This document shows, in pieces, positions 26,674 to 39,600 of a stretch of DNA of 64,000 nt. Source of the DNA: Octopus sinensis (taxonomy: Eukaryota); NCBI RefSeq assembly GCF_006345805.1, contig NC_043010.1, positions 27,652,001 through 27,716,000 on the forward strand. Reading direction: 5' to 3'. Each line of letters opens with the position of its first letter. Position 1 is the first letter of the stretch. Made by a program: the position numbers and the translations under genes. The notes under the pieces were generated by a model. It was not told the DNA's origin and ran no database searches. It worked only from the letters and a program-made list of their open reading frames with translations.

Positions 26674-26845
26674 ATGGATTATCCAGAATGGGATATTCCT
26701 GATTCTAAGACTATCAACAGCATATCTTTTGAAATATTCTCATCTGAAGAAATTAAAAGACTCAGTGTGAAGCCTATAACCAGCTCACAGACATTTGATG
26801 CCCTCCTTCATCCTCAGCCAAATGGCTTACATGATCTTGCACTCG
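26674..26845 (+). CDS. POLR1A: POLR1A coding exon 1 (MDYPEW...NGLHDLAL-G)
   Basis: ATG at 26674. [21 protein letters not shown] and NGLHDLALG match RPA1 region A. Donor gtaagt at 26846. An upstream acceptor (ttgcag ~26627) suggests a 5'UTR intron. Confidence 0.93.
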
Positions 26846-29800
26846 GTAAGTTCACAACAAATATTTGTTGCTGTTGTTTTATTACAGTGTTTTTTGTTGT
26901 TTTTTTTTGCTTTTCTTTATTTAATCTTTTGACACCAAGTTGACTGAGGCTGCCACATCTATTTCTGTGGATCTAAAACTCCTTCTTTAACATGCTCACT
27001 CCTGAATTAAACCCGTCCATGATATTTCTATATGTTCTGGAACATCAGCTTAATAGCAAAGTCATTTAGTTTACTAAATTCCTCCAAATTCTTGATTATT
27101 AAAAAAAAATTGATCCATTTTGTTGGAAATATGGCAATGAATAGACTGAGTCTGTCAAATACACTACCTGTTCACATTGTTTTGAATTAATCATGCATCA
27201 TCTTGTAGCTTTGAGATTTCAGTAATGTGGTTGTTTATTTTTAGAATGACATAGTAGGGTAGGTGTGAGAGGCCAGATATGGCCAGTTTGAATGCTAAGT
27301 GATTAATACTGATTTCCACTGAAATTTGTCTTCTGTATAAATGTTGATGATCAGGGTTGCATGTTCTCATCATCACCATCATCGTTTAACATCCATTTTC
27401 CCTGCTGGCATGGATTGGACGGTGCGACTGGGGTTTGGGAAGCCAGGAGGCTGCACCAGGCTCCAGTCTGATCTGGCAGTGTTTCTACAGATGGATGCCC
27501 TTCCTAACACCAACCACTCCGAGAGTGTAGTGGGTGCTTTTTATGTGCCACCAGCACGGGAGCCAGTGCTGGCATCGGTCATGTTCGGATGATGCTCACC
27601 CACCGACAACAGCAATTTATGACGTACTTGTAGATTCAGAATAGTAACTCACCCTGTGACAACAACCACCATATACCTCACATATGTGTATACATATGTT
27701 TCAGAGGTGTATATACTGAGTGAGCTACAATATATTGTCCTAAGGTGATGAAGACGGTCATATACCTGATATATATATATATAGATAGATGGATATAACT
27801 ACGGACATATATAATGATATATAAATATATGCATATATATGTACATACCTACATATATATGTATATATACATGCATATATGGGTATGTGTGAGGTGCAAT
27901 GGCCCAGTGGTTAGGGCAGCGGACTCGTGGTCAAAGGATTGTGGTTTTGATTCCCAGACCAGGCGTAGTGTGTGTTTATTTAGCGAAAACACCTAAAAGC
28001 TCCACAAGGCTCTGGCAGGGGGTGGTGGCAACCCTTGTTGTACTCTTTGGCCCCAACTTTCTCTCACTCTTTCTTCCTGTTTCTTGAGTAACACTGTGAT
28101 GGATTGGTGTCCTATCCATCTGGGGGGAACACATATGCCTTAGAAACTGGGAAACCGGGCCCATGAGCCTGGCTAGGCGCATAAATAATAAATATATGGG
28201 TATAGGACATCAAAAAAATGTAGACACAATGAGAAACAAGAACATAACAGGTGATAAGTATTGCCACCTATCACCTTCTCCCTGACCTGCTCCTATTTTC
28301 CTTTACATCACCCCCAGCCAAAATTCACCATTGCTCATGTCCCCAACCATATTCACCTAACACTGCATTCACATCTGTCTCCTTCTCTGCATGTTGCACT
28401 TCCTTTCACACTTTCACAAACCTACCCACCCAGACATCCTCAGTTTTCTGTCCCTATTCTCTCTTTATCCATTTTCTTGTGCTCTGACATTACATTCCTA
28501 CCATCCCTTCTCCCTTTCCTCCTGGGGTTGCCACATACCCGATCTTGACTCTCTATCATACACCTGACAGAAAGTCACTTCCACCTCACTCGATGCCACT
28601 CTCCAACTCTATCGAGTGGTGTCTTGTCTTTTTCCTAAATCCAGATCTAAGTTTCTAGATCTGATCTGCTCAAAGAAAAGCAGTGGGCTGAGGTTTCTTT
28701 CTTTCTTTCTTTCTCTTTTCTAAAACCCAGTATTTCTACTTTACAGGTTCCCTTAACAAGTACATCTGTTTTACCTGTGGTCAACCACCTAGCACCTGCA
28801 CGGGACATCTTGGACATATTCCTTTACCTCTCTTGCTCTACAATCCTATGCTCTACCGGACAATGTACAAGGTCAGTATTAAATCACTTTCAGAGTCAAC
28901 AAAATAAGTACCAGTTGAACACTGGGGTTGATGTAATCGACTAACTCCTTCCCCCAAAACGTCAGGGCCTTGTGCCTATAATAGAAAGGATTGTTCGACA
29001 GCTCAATATTTAATTCCTCAAATCCATTTCACCTCAACAAATAATCTGCCAATCTCTTAATCTCTCTTTCTCTTTTAGATTCTAGACTTGGCATGCCTCA
29101 GTTGCAATCTGCTGGTTTTGAGCAAGGAGACCCTGCAAATAATTGAGAGTAAAATTTCCCTAATTAAAAGTGGTCATTTGATTGCATACCATGAGATTAA
29201 TGGAAGGACCAATGATCCAAATAAAATTGAAGAAATATTGAATTCGTTACCAAAGACAGAAGTGGCAAAAGATGGTAAGTGTTTTGTTATTTGTGCCAAG
29301 TTTGGCAACAGATGGATACAGGGAGAGCAGGCTGTGTGTTTCATTAGTGTTGCTGTTGGTTTTGTTAAACTGCAGACTAACCTGGATCAGACAGATCTAT
29401 AATCAAAGACAATTCAACTATGAACATACTGTCTTTTATTCCAACAAAATCCATACATATATATATATATAGAGAGAGAGAGGTTTACATTATTTACATA
29501 TGATGGATATTTCTCCTCGTCTTGTTTGTTGTTAACACAATGTAACACTTCTTCAGGTGTATTGGGGGAATTTCGAACCTGGGTTTTCCATTCCTAAGGT
29601 ATTTTTCGATATTTACTATTGTTCAGGTCACTGCTTGGAATCGAACTCAGAATCTTGGGGTTAGTAGCCCGTGCTCTTAACCATTATGCTATATGTCCGT
29701 GGGCAATTATGGAGTGAATTTTAGGGCTTATAAATCTAATATTTTTCTATCCTTCCTTAATACCGGTTCCCATATGCTGCTCATATCTACACTCGGTCTG

Positions 29801-30621
29801 CTTAGGAGGTTGTTGTGTCCTAGCATATGTGCTGCTTCTTTTAGTTTTCATACTTTCCAGTGGTGTTCTCTGTCTATTATTTTAACTTTTTGGAGGTGGT
29901 CTCCATTTTTCCATACATGATCAGCTATACCCAATTTATCAATATCTCCTTGTGTCACAGCTTTGCATTGTTCGTCTGCCCTTATCTTGAGGGGGTGGCA
30001 TGTTTTGCCTTTGTATAACCCACCACAGCTGCATGGGATGGCGTACACATAGTCTTTGGTCATATTGTCTTCTATTGGTGGTTTTACTTGAAGGAGATAA
30101 TAATAACAACATTGAAAAATACCTTAGGAATGAGAACCCAGGTTTGAAATTTCCCCAAGACACCTGAAGAAGGCTGGAAGGCATATCAGCCGAAAGGTGT
30201 TAACAACAAACAAGATGAGGACAAATATCCGTTGAATGTAAATAATGTACATAATTCTCATCTCTTAACTATAGAACTGTAATATAGAGAGGTTGCCGTT
30301 GACTTACAACCACAATTTGTTCCGATTGACTGGTCATAAGTCAGCCTATAGGCCTACATAGTTTTGTTTTATATTTTTACATTCTTAAGGTACATTCTCA
30401 GGTAAAAGTCACACACACCATTCTGTATTGTACTATTATACTGGAGTTAGTCAAAAATATCAGTCTCAAGCAGTCGTCTTACAAACAAATACGAGGATGT
30501 CTCTATGACAAGATATTCATCCAACACTTGAGATAACCACAGTAGTGATCGATAACCAGGAGCTGGCATGCCAATTGTCGTAAGGTCGATCGGTTGTAAG
30601 TCAGTGACAACCTGTATATAT

Positions 30622-30669
<48 letters not shown>

Positions 30670-33600
30670 CACGGGGTACTGAAAAGTTCCTGGCTTTAAG
30701 GGTGTCGCAAAAGGCCTGGTTGGAGGCCCAACCTTCTGAGTTCTTTTACAGGGCTTAGAAAAACTGAAGGGCCACTGAAATAAGCGTGAGAATCTGAGAG
30801 GGGAATATGTTGAATAAAATCATAATTGACTGATTCTCCTGTACTTTCTTTTACCTGAAGCCAGCAAATTTTCTGCACCCCTTTGTATATATAAGAGAGA
30901 TGGCATTTCAGCCATCTTTATGTTCTGAGTTCAAATTCCACTGAGGATGACTCAGTCTTTTATCCTTTGAGGGTCAGTAAAATAAGTACCGGCTATGAAC
31001 TGGGGTTCAACTTACCCCCTCCTGTAAAACTGCTGGCTTTGTACCGAAATATAACACCAAAAATAATGATAGGCACAGGAGTGGCTGTGTGGGAAGAAGC
31101 TTGCTTCCGAACCACATGGTCCCAGGTTCAGTCCCATTGCATGGTACCTTGGGCAGCTGTCTTCAACTACAGCCTCAAGCCAGCCAAAGCATTGTGAGTG
31201 GATTTGGTAGACAGAAACTGAAGGAAGCCCATCATGTGTATATGTGTGTTCCCACCATTGCTCGACAGCTGGTGTTGGTATGTTTACATTCATGTAACTT
31301 AGCAGTTCAGCAAAAGAGACCAACAGAATAAGTGCCAAGCTTAAAATTTTTTTTTTTTTTTAATGTGTATTGGGGTTGAATCATTCAGCTAAAATTCTTC
31401 AAGGTGGTGCCCCAGCATGGCCGCAATCTAATGAGTGAATTAGGTTAGTGAGGGGGAACATGAGGGTGGGTAGTTTCATAAGAGTGTGAGGAGAGATTAA
31501 AGAGTGGTGAGTGATGAGCAAAGATGGAGATGTGGCTGACGGGGGAAAAATCAATATGGAAGGGGTGGATAAGGTGGGAGAAATAAAAGCATCTTAGAGA
31601 GGTGGGTAAGTCAGAAGGTGGTGGAGTGGCATGCAAGGTATAGGAGTGGTGAGGAGGGAAATGAAGGGTACATAAGGGTGGCTGTAGTGTGTGAGGTATG
31701 ATGGTGGAGGTGACTTGGTGCTGAGAAAGATAACTGATAGGTGGTGTGTGTTGGTTGCACAAAGAAAGCAAGAAGAATAATATATGCCAAAACTACCCTC
31801 AAGTAATTAGAGTCTGTAGTGCCATGGATAGAGAAGTGGGTGTTAGGGAATTGAGATCTGAGAAAGGCTTGACATAGCAAGATGGGTTGCAAGCATGAAC
31901 AGTGTTTCTAGGGCATTATGTATACTGTAAGGGGCAGGTTTTCTTGAGCACAGTGAATTGCCAATCATCTTGGCCCATTCGTCATTTCCATGAAGCTCAA
32001 AATTTGAAATCAGCCTTCATTACTTTGTCCCGTGTCTTCCTGGGCCACCCTCTTCCATAAGTTCTACTCACATTGAGCAACTGGCTCTTGTTTTATGTTG
32101 CTGTTTGCATTGTATAACCAAACAAATACAGATGCCTCTCTTAACACTGCATCTGGTTCCTTTTGCGTCTGATTTTTCTCTCAATACATTAACACTTTGT
32201 CGCACACGTACACTGGCATTGCACATCTAATGAAGCATACTAGTATTGAACAAAATGGATATGTGGTCTGCACTTGTCATTCCTTCAGTTATCTGGCCTG
32301 CTGTGAAATAAGTTTGATGACCCCTGATCTACTGCAACAGTTCTCAACCAGGTCTAAAAGACCCTTAGGGGTCCAAATAAGATCTTGTCAAAATTTATCT
32401 ACAAAAATATTAGTTACACTTCTACAGAACAAAATATTTTAACAGTTATATTTTTTACATGATCCCTTATAATATTCAATTCTAGAAATATATATAGGAT
32501 TTTTTTAAACATTGACTGGCTAGAAGGGTCCACTTGAGTAAGATATGAACTAAATAATGAATTTAGTAAATTTAGGTGAAGAATAGTTGGGGACCACTGG
32601 TCTGTTGGATGGAAAACTGATCTGGGACTAAACCACATCAACAACAGCACTTTATCCTCTGAAACAGCTCAGTTCTGCTTCTGTTTTTTTTTTTGTTTGT
32701 TTTTTTTTCTTTTATATCATCAATAAATCATGTTTAAGACCCTACTGTCTCCCTTAACCCTTTCATTACTGTATTTATTTTGAGATGCTCTGTGTTTCTT
32801 TCAATTAATTTTAAATATAACAAAGAATTTAGTAAAATAACTTAGTTATTATTAAGCTAGTGTTAGGAACATAAATTGTGACTAAGGTTAGTTGAAGATT
32901 TTAATTCAAAACTTATGAAAACAAGACATTTGTACTACAGAGCCAGAGGCAGTTTCAGCCAGGTAGGTAATGACAGGGTTAATCAAGAAAAAGTAAAAGA
33001 GTTTTGTATTTGATCTTTCAGAGGAAGCAAGACAGATTCGCCACCTGAGGCATGTATGGAAACAATGTGTGGCTTTGCTACCGAAAATAACTCGAAGAAA
33101 GTGTCCCCATTGCTTGGCAACAAGACCAACACTGAAACAGTTTCAAAACTGCCAAATCTTTACATCAATGATGGTATCAGAAACAAAGACGAAGATGCCC
33201 AGAATGAAGTAAGTTCATTGTTTCAGACTCATATTAATTGGAACAACCATATCTTATTTAAACAGTAGGAAAGAGGATTTTTCAATTCTGTATCTCTTTG
33301 AGGAGTTTATATTATGTATTAATGCCATCATCTTCATTGTTGCTTTCACTACATTTTGGTTGTGTATGCTCCAGTCTTCAAGTGTCTTGTGATTCACCTC
33401 CATGCCTTAGCTGGAATTGAACTCAGAACCTCTAGGTAATTGCACTGCATTGAACAGCTATGTTATCTAGATTGTCAGAGTGAATTTTTAAGGCTTAAGG
33501 CTCCATTGATGTCTTATGTTGGCTCCATTCCAATTGGTTAATACAACTCCATACTTCTGAAATGAGGAATTTTTATACCATGTATCAGTCGAACTGGTGC

Positions 33601-36600
33601 CTTCGTCTTGATCATTGCTTTCACTACATTTTGGCTGTGTACACCCCAGCCTTCAGGTGTCTTGTGATTCAGCTTAATGTCTTGCTTCTGACTAAGAATT
33701 TTTTTCTGTGAAACATGTACCAATAATATTCTGTTCTTGAAATCATTTACTATACACATAGGCATCAGCCTTCTTCCTTTCACCACCCAATCTTCCAGAA
33801 TCTTGCAACTCAACAAAATAATCTCCCTTCATACCATTTTAAATGTATTGTTCTTTTTTATTGGTCAATCACTGAACTGTGACCGTCATTGGTTACCAGT
33901 GTTTAGTTGATTGTAATCAGCTAAATGTTTTTTACTGATACAGTTACATCAATCAATAATTTTGTTAATTCCATTGACACTATCATCACCACTATCATCA
34001 TTTAACGCCTATTTTCTATGCTGGCATGGTTGGACAATTTGACAAGATCTGACCAGTCACTGGTCTGCACTGAGCACTGGTATGGTTTCTATAACCGGAT
34101 GCCCTTCCTAATGCTAACTACTTGGTGTTTTTTCAGCATCAACATTAGTGAGGTTACCAAGTGTCTGGCAAGACAAAGAGACAGGAAAAGACAATCTCAT
34201 CTAAGTGGGGGGGGGATTTGAGAGAGTGGGGAGGTGACATTATGCCAGGTGTTGAGAAGCTAAAGTATGGTTGGGAGACAAGCACAGTTGTCTTCATGTA
34301 GAAAAGATACATGGCTACCTTGCATTATTTAATGGTGAATGGGAGTGGCTGGAAAGAAGATTGAGATGGTGGTGATTTGATAACCAGAGCGAGCTCTCAG
34401 TTTGGCAATTTTATTGATGTCCATAATTGTCGGTTATCCTAACCCGGACGAAAAATTTTTTGGTTCATAATACCAACCTGGCCGAGAGAACCTATTGTTA
34501 TTTAAATGTAAATTTGAACCCAAATCTCGTTGGTACATTCGTTAAAACATGTGATTTCACTTTGTAAATAGTTGGTTTATAGTATCCGACATTGCTTCAA
34601 GTGATATCTCAACTCAGTGAATTTTGGGAGATTTTTTTCCACATTTTTTTCGGCATCGATTTTTCTTCAACTTCGAAAATGGATAGGAGTTTCATGTTAT
34701 CAAGCATTGATTCCGAATTTAAAGCTTTTTCAACGGAAAATAGGGAGATATCGAGAAAAAGAATGAAATAGGTACTAAAGCACGTGGTGTACAAAATAAT
34801 GAATAGGATATTTTTTTATCTGAAAATGAAAGCAGGGATTCTGAAGAAACAAAGCAGCGATGGCGACAGCAAAGACAATTTTACATCGGAATGAAGTAAA
34901 AAAAACTTTTTAAATGTTTTTATTAGCAATTTTTCTGAGGAGATAAAGTTTATCTATAGCCTTTCTTAGGAAGTGAAACCATTAGACTTATATTTTTTTC
35001 AGTATGCTAGTTTGAAGTGATCACTTCGAAAACAAATTTACGCAGATTGTAAACAAACACAAAATGGGAGATCAAAGTTTGGAAAATTTGTGAAGCAAAT
35101 ACTGGGTACTGTTGTGGATTTAGTTTTTATACAGGGAAAATAATGTTAGTCAGCATGGCTTAGGGTACGATGTGGTCTGGAAGTTATTGTTTGAAGCGAT
35201 CACTGCGGAAACAGACTTACGCAGAATGTAAACAAACACAAAATGGGGGATCAAATTTCGGAAAATTTGTGAAGCCAATACTGGGTACTGCGTGGATTTA
35301 GTTTTTATACAGGGAAAATAATGTTAGTCAGCATGGCCTAGGGAACGATGTGGTCTGGAATTTATCACTTCCATACCATAAACCAGGGCCGTATATTATT
35401 TTTTGACCGATTTCTTTAATTCGGTCAAACTTGCGGTGGATTCCAGTATTTCACTTGTTGTGCATTAAATTCAACTGATGATCTAGTGATGTGCACAATT
35501 CGTCTTTATCAAAATTTTGTTGCATACCCATTTGAATATTAACTGATGATTCATTTTCTATGGTGATGTTTAAACAAAATTTTAATATTTTTACCTTTTG
35601 CTCAGTTTACCTGGATTTACCTGTAATTAAAGTCACTTTGAGACAAAAGTTATGCAATAGAATTGATTAAGAACCCTTTCTTTAATTATGTTCCAAATAT
35701 CACATTAATATGTTAAGCAAAAAAGTTACAGTTATTTAATGAAACAAGCCTAAATTCATGATTATTTTAGAATTTAATTGAAACTCATAAGGGGTGTATT
35801 TTGATCAGAAATATAGTAACGAAAGGGTTAATGGCATCTAATTACATAGAGATTGAAAGACAACTCCACCAAATATAAATATAAACCTCAATCATTATTT
35901 TGTCAGTCTTTCCTTGCCTGCATGAGTTAGATGAGTATCACTGTGACTTTTACATGCTTTCCTTGATTGGTGAGATTGATGTGGCTGATGTCACATCAAT
36001 CTTACCTGAGCTTTTGCAGGGGGAAAAACATGAGGACAGAAGAGACCTGCATTCTAGGCTAGATGCTAGCAACCAAGTGATGGTGTTGACCATTTCTTTT
36101 TCCACTTTTCTATTGAAATGCACTGTTTTTGTTTCATTTAATTTTGGAAATAATGAATTTAGTAAACTTTGTCAATTATTAATCTGGTGTTCGGAGCATA
36201 AGTTAACATGAAATTTTGATGAACATTTTTTTCATTTCGTTAGCCTTTTCTTTATGATATTTCTTCTTGTAAATACACTCTACCTTTGTTTCAATTAATT
36301 TTGAAAATGACAAGCAATAAAGCACTAGTGATGGTGCCACATAAAATGCACCCAGTACACTCTGTAGAGTGGTTGGTGTTAGGAAGGGCATCCAGCTGTA
36401 GAAACTATACCAAAACAGAGAATGGAACCTGGTGCAACTCCTGACTTTGCCAGCGCAAACCCATGCTAGCATGGGAAACCTATGTTAAATGATGATGGTG
36501 GTGGTGGCACTATCTTCACCTTCTTTATTTTCCATAGCTGAGCTATTTTGTACTTAAGAGGGTTGTATCTAGCTATCTTTTCGCCTTCCTTCTTGACTAT

Positions 36601-39600
36601 TCGTCAATCAAAGGGGCATGCAACATCAACTATATAGCATCATATGTGGTGCACCTTGCCCTCCACCACTTGGTCCGGTCTGTTATACTCTAGCAGCAGA
36701 TCTGTTTGGGTTGAGAAATCTCAGAGAATTTTGCTAGTTTCTGACTCCGCCACTCTCTGTAGTTTGTGGTCATACCACATCTTGCCACTCTTTAGCTCCC
36801 ACTTTTCGCACAGTTTCCAGTGTAGCATTTCCGTTACCTGGTCATGTCACCACAACTTGTTGTGGTTTTCGGCAAGTCTAGGGCATTCATTCATGATATG
36901 GGCAGTGGCTTGGTCCACTCTGTTGCAGATGTGGCATAGTGGAGACATTTGCTCATTCCTAAGGTTGACCCTCCAGTTTGTGCCAAAGCTTGGTCTTGTG
37001 CTGTCAGTATAGTGCTCTCGGTATCTTTTTTTAAGGTTTCTTTCATCATCCAATCCCACCTGTTTTCCAGCAACTTCTGTTGTGGCTACATCGAATTGTG
37101 TAGTCCCTTATTGCGTAATTCTTCTTCATGTCCTTTTTGTACTTCGTCCTTTTCCCTTTTTTCCTCTGCTCTCAATACTCTTTCGTTCCTAACTGTCACT
37201 AGCAAGGTTTCCTTACTCTGGACTAGGTATCTCATTAAGCTCTCGAGTTCAATACGCATGCAGTCTTCCATACTTCTCAGTCCCCTTCCTCCATTTGCTC
37301 TCTTCATGTATAAGTGATCAGTGTCTGCACGTGGATGATGGGCTCCATGCGCCATAAGGAGCTTTCTTGACTTCCTGTCTATCTCCTTTAGTTCCTCCTC
37401 TGTCCACTTCAGGATTCCAGCACCATACCAAACTACTGAAACTGCATGCGTGCTTATTGCCAAAATTATGTTACTGGCATTCAGGGTACTCTCTTTTTGT
37501 CTTTTCCTTCATGTCGTGGTGTTTGCCTCAAGTATTCCCAGGTATTTATAACTGAATTGAGGTTGAATTGCCTTCATCATTTCACCACTTGGCAAGCTTT
37601 CCTCATTTCATCACCATCATAGCACATTTTGAGAGTCCAAACTCCATCTTAATATCATTGGAGAAAATCCACACAGACTGGACTAGGCTGTCCAGTTCTG
37701 CTTCAGTTTTTATGAATAGCCTCAGGTCATCCATGTATAGCAAGTGGTTTAGTTTTCCATTAACTCTTCCAAGATCATACCCCAACTTTGTTTTCTGTAA
37801 TATTTCACTCAAGGGGATCATTCCCAGCATAAATATCAGTGGGGACACACTGTCCCCTTGGAAGAGCCCTCTCTTGATTTTCACCTCTCCTAGTACTTGC
37901 CTCCCTGCTGTCAATTCCGTTCTCCACTATTCCATATAAGGCTTCTCATATTCTCTGCTACTCCATATATTTCCATTGTTCTTATTGTCCAAGAGTGGGA
38001 TATCATAGAGTATGCGTTGTGATAGTTAACCCATGCCATGCTCAGGTTTGTATGTCTTCTATTGCAGTTCCTGATAATTAGATTATCAATTAAGAGCTGA
38101 TCCTTCATTCCCTGGCTCCTTTTTGGCACCCTTTCTGTTCAGTAGGTAACAGCCCTCTTTTTTCTGAGTATCTGTACAGTTCACCGGCCAAAGCACCTGA
38201 CATTAGTTTCCACATTAGCAAAAGGCATATTATTGGTGTAAAGTTGGATGCAACATTTCCCTTTTCAGGATCCTTGGCACATAACAATGTCTTTCATTTT
38301 GTCATCCAGCTGGATACTGCACCTTCCAGCAAGCACTCATCTTGCTGTTGTGCTATCCTTTCATGGAGCCCACTCAGCTTCTTTATCCAATAACCTTGGA
38401 CCCCATCCAGTCCTGGGCTCTTCCAATTTGGGAATTTTCTTAACTGCTTTTTTTATCATCTCTGTAGTTATCTGTATGTCTTCTGGGGCTTCTATATTTC
38501 TTAACCTATCTTGGATTTCATGCAACCACTCCGCTTCATCATTATGCTATACAGCTTGGTCCCAGACCCCTCTCCAGAATGCCTTGCTTTTCTCTGCATT
38601 TGGTATCATTGTTACGTGTATGTGTCCATCTAGTTCCTGATTTGCTTCAAACAATCTGTTTTGCCTGAACTGTCTTATTATTATTATTATTATTATTAAT
38701 TCTGCCATAGTCGACTCTGTTTTTCATTCTTTCTGGTCCAGTAAAATGACCAGTTGAGTGCTGGGGTCAATGTAATCAACTTACCCCATCCTCAGAAATT
38801 GCTGGCTTTGTGCCAAAATTATTATTATTAATTAAGGCGGTGAGCTGGCAGAATCGTTAGTAGTATTTCACCCATCACTACGTTTCTGAGTTCAAATTCC
38901 ACCAAAGTCGACTTTACCTTTCATCCTTTCGGGGTCAATGAAATAAGTACCAGTTGAATACTGGGGTCGATGTAATCAAACTCACTCCGTCTCCTAGAAT
39001 TTCAGGTCTAGTGCTTGTTGTAGAAAAGATTGTTATTATTACTAGCAAATCTACACATCTATAATGGAGGCAAAACATGAGGGAGGGAAGTCATAGCAGC
39101 AGTATGTATTGAGAAATGTGTACATGAACTTGATAGATTACTAGGTGATGTCTTAGAGAAATCACATTATTGTTGGTGATACGGCATTCTGTTGCAGCTA
39201 TACGACATGGCAACTAAGTGACATGGGACGACGATTCACTCCCAAACTGAAATAGGCTCCCAGCCTCTGTATCATGAATGGTTATGTGGACCACCATTTT
39301 TAATAATGGAAGGCAAGGTTTACGGTATTGGAAAAATATTGTCTCCTTCCATCATTCTTTTTGTTCGTTATGTAGTTCAGGCTTTCGGCAGGCGAAGAGA
39401 AAAGACTTCAAGCATAAATGCTATTTACAACTGGTTTATTTACAGGAAAGGTGAAGTGTACTGCTCTCAGCTACCATCTTAAGCTCTGATAGTGTGGGCG
39501 CATTGCCTCTGGAGATAGACAGGCAGAAAACCCACAGTGCTGCTGTGTTGTGGCGCCGAAGAAGAGACAGGTCTGAATCAGTTTCCCGTTTATATAGTTT

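Noticed and set aside
29628-29700. Functional tRNA-Ser(ACT) gene
   Set aside because: Acceptor and T stems are mismatched, there is no long variable arm, and it is embedded in a Penelope element. Treated as a tRNA-derived cassette.
33342-33680. ~70-bp direct repeat 275 bp apart
   Set aside because: Short and diverged, with no TIR, TSD or coding signal to classify it.
35900-36211. 103-aa ORF inside POLR1A intron 4
   Set aside because: No recognisable domain or splice context, and exons 4 and 5 join in phase without it.
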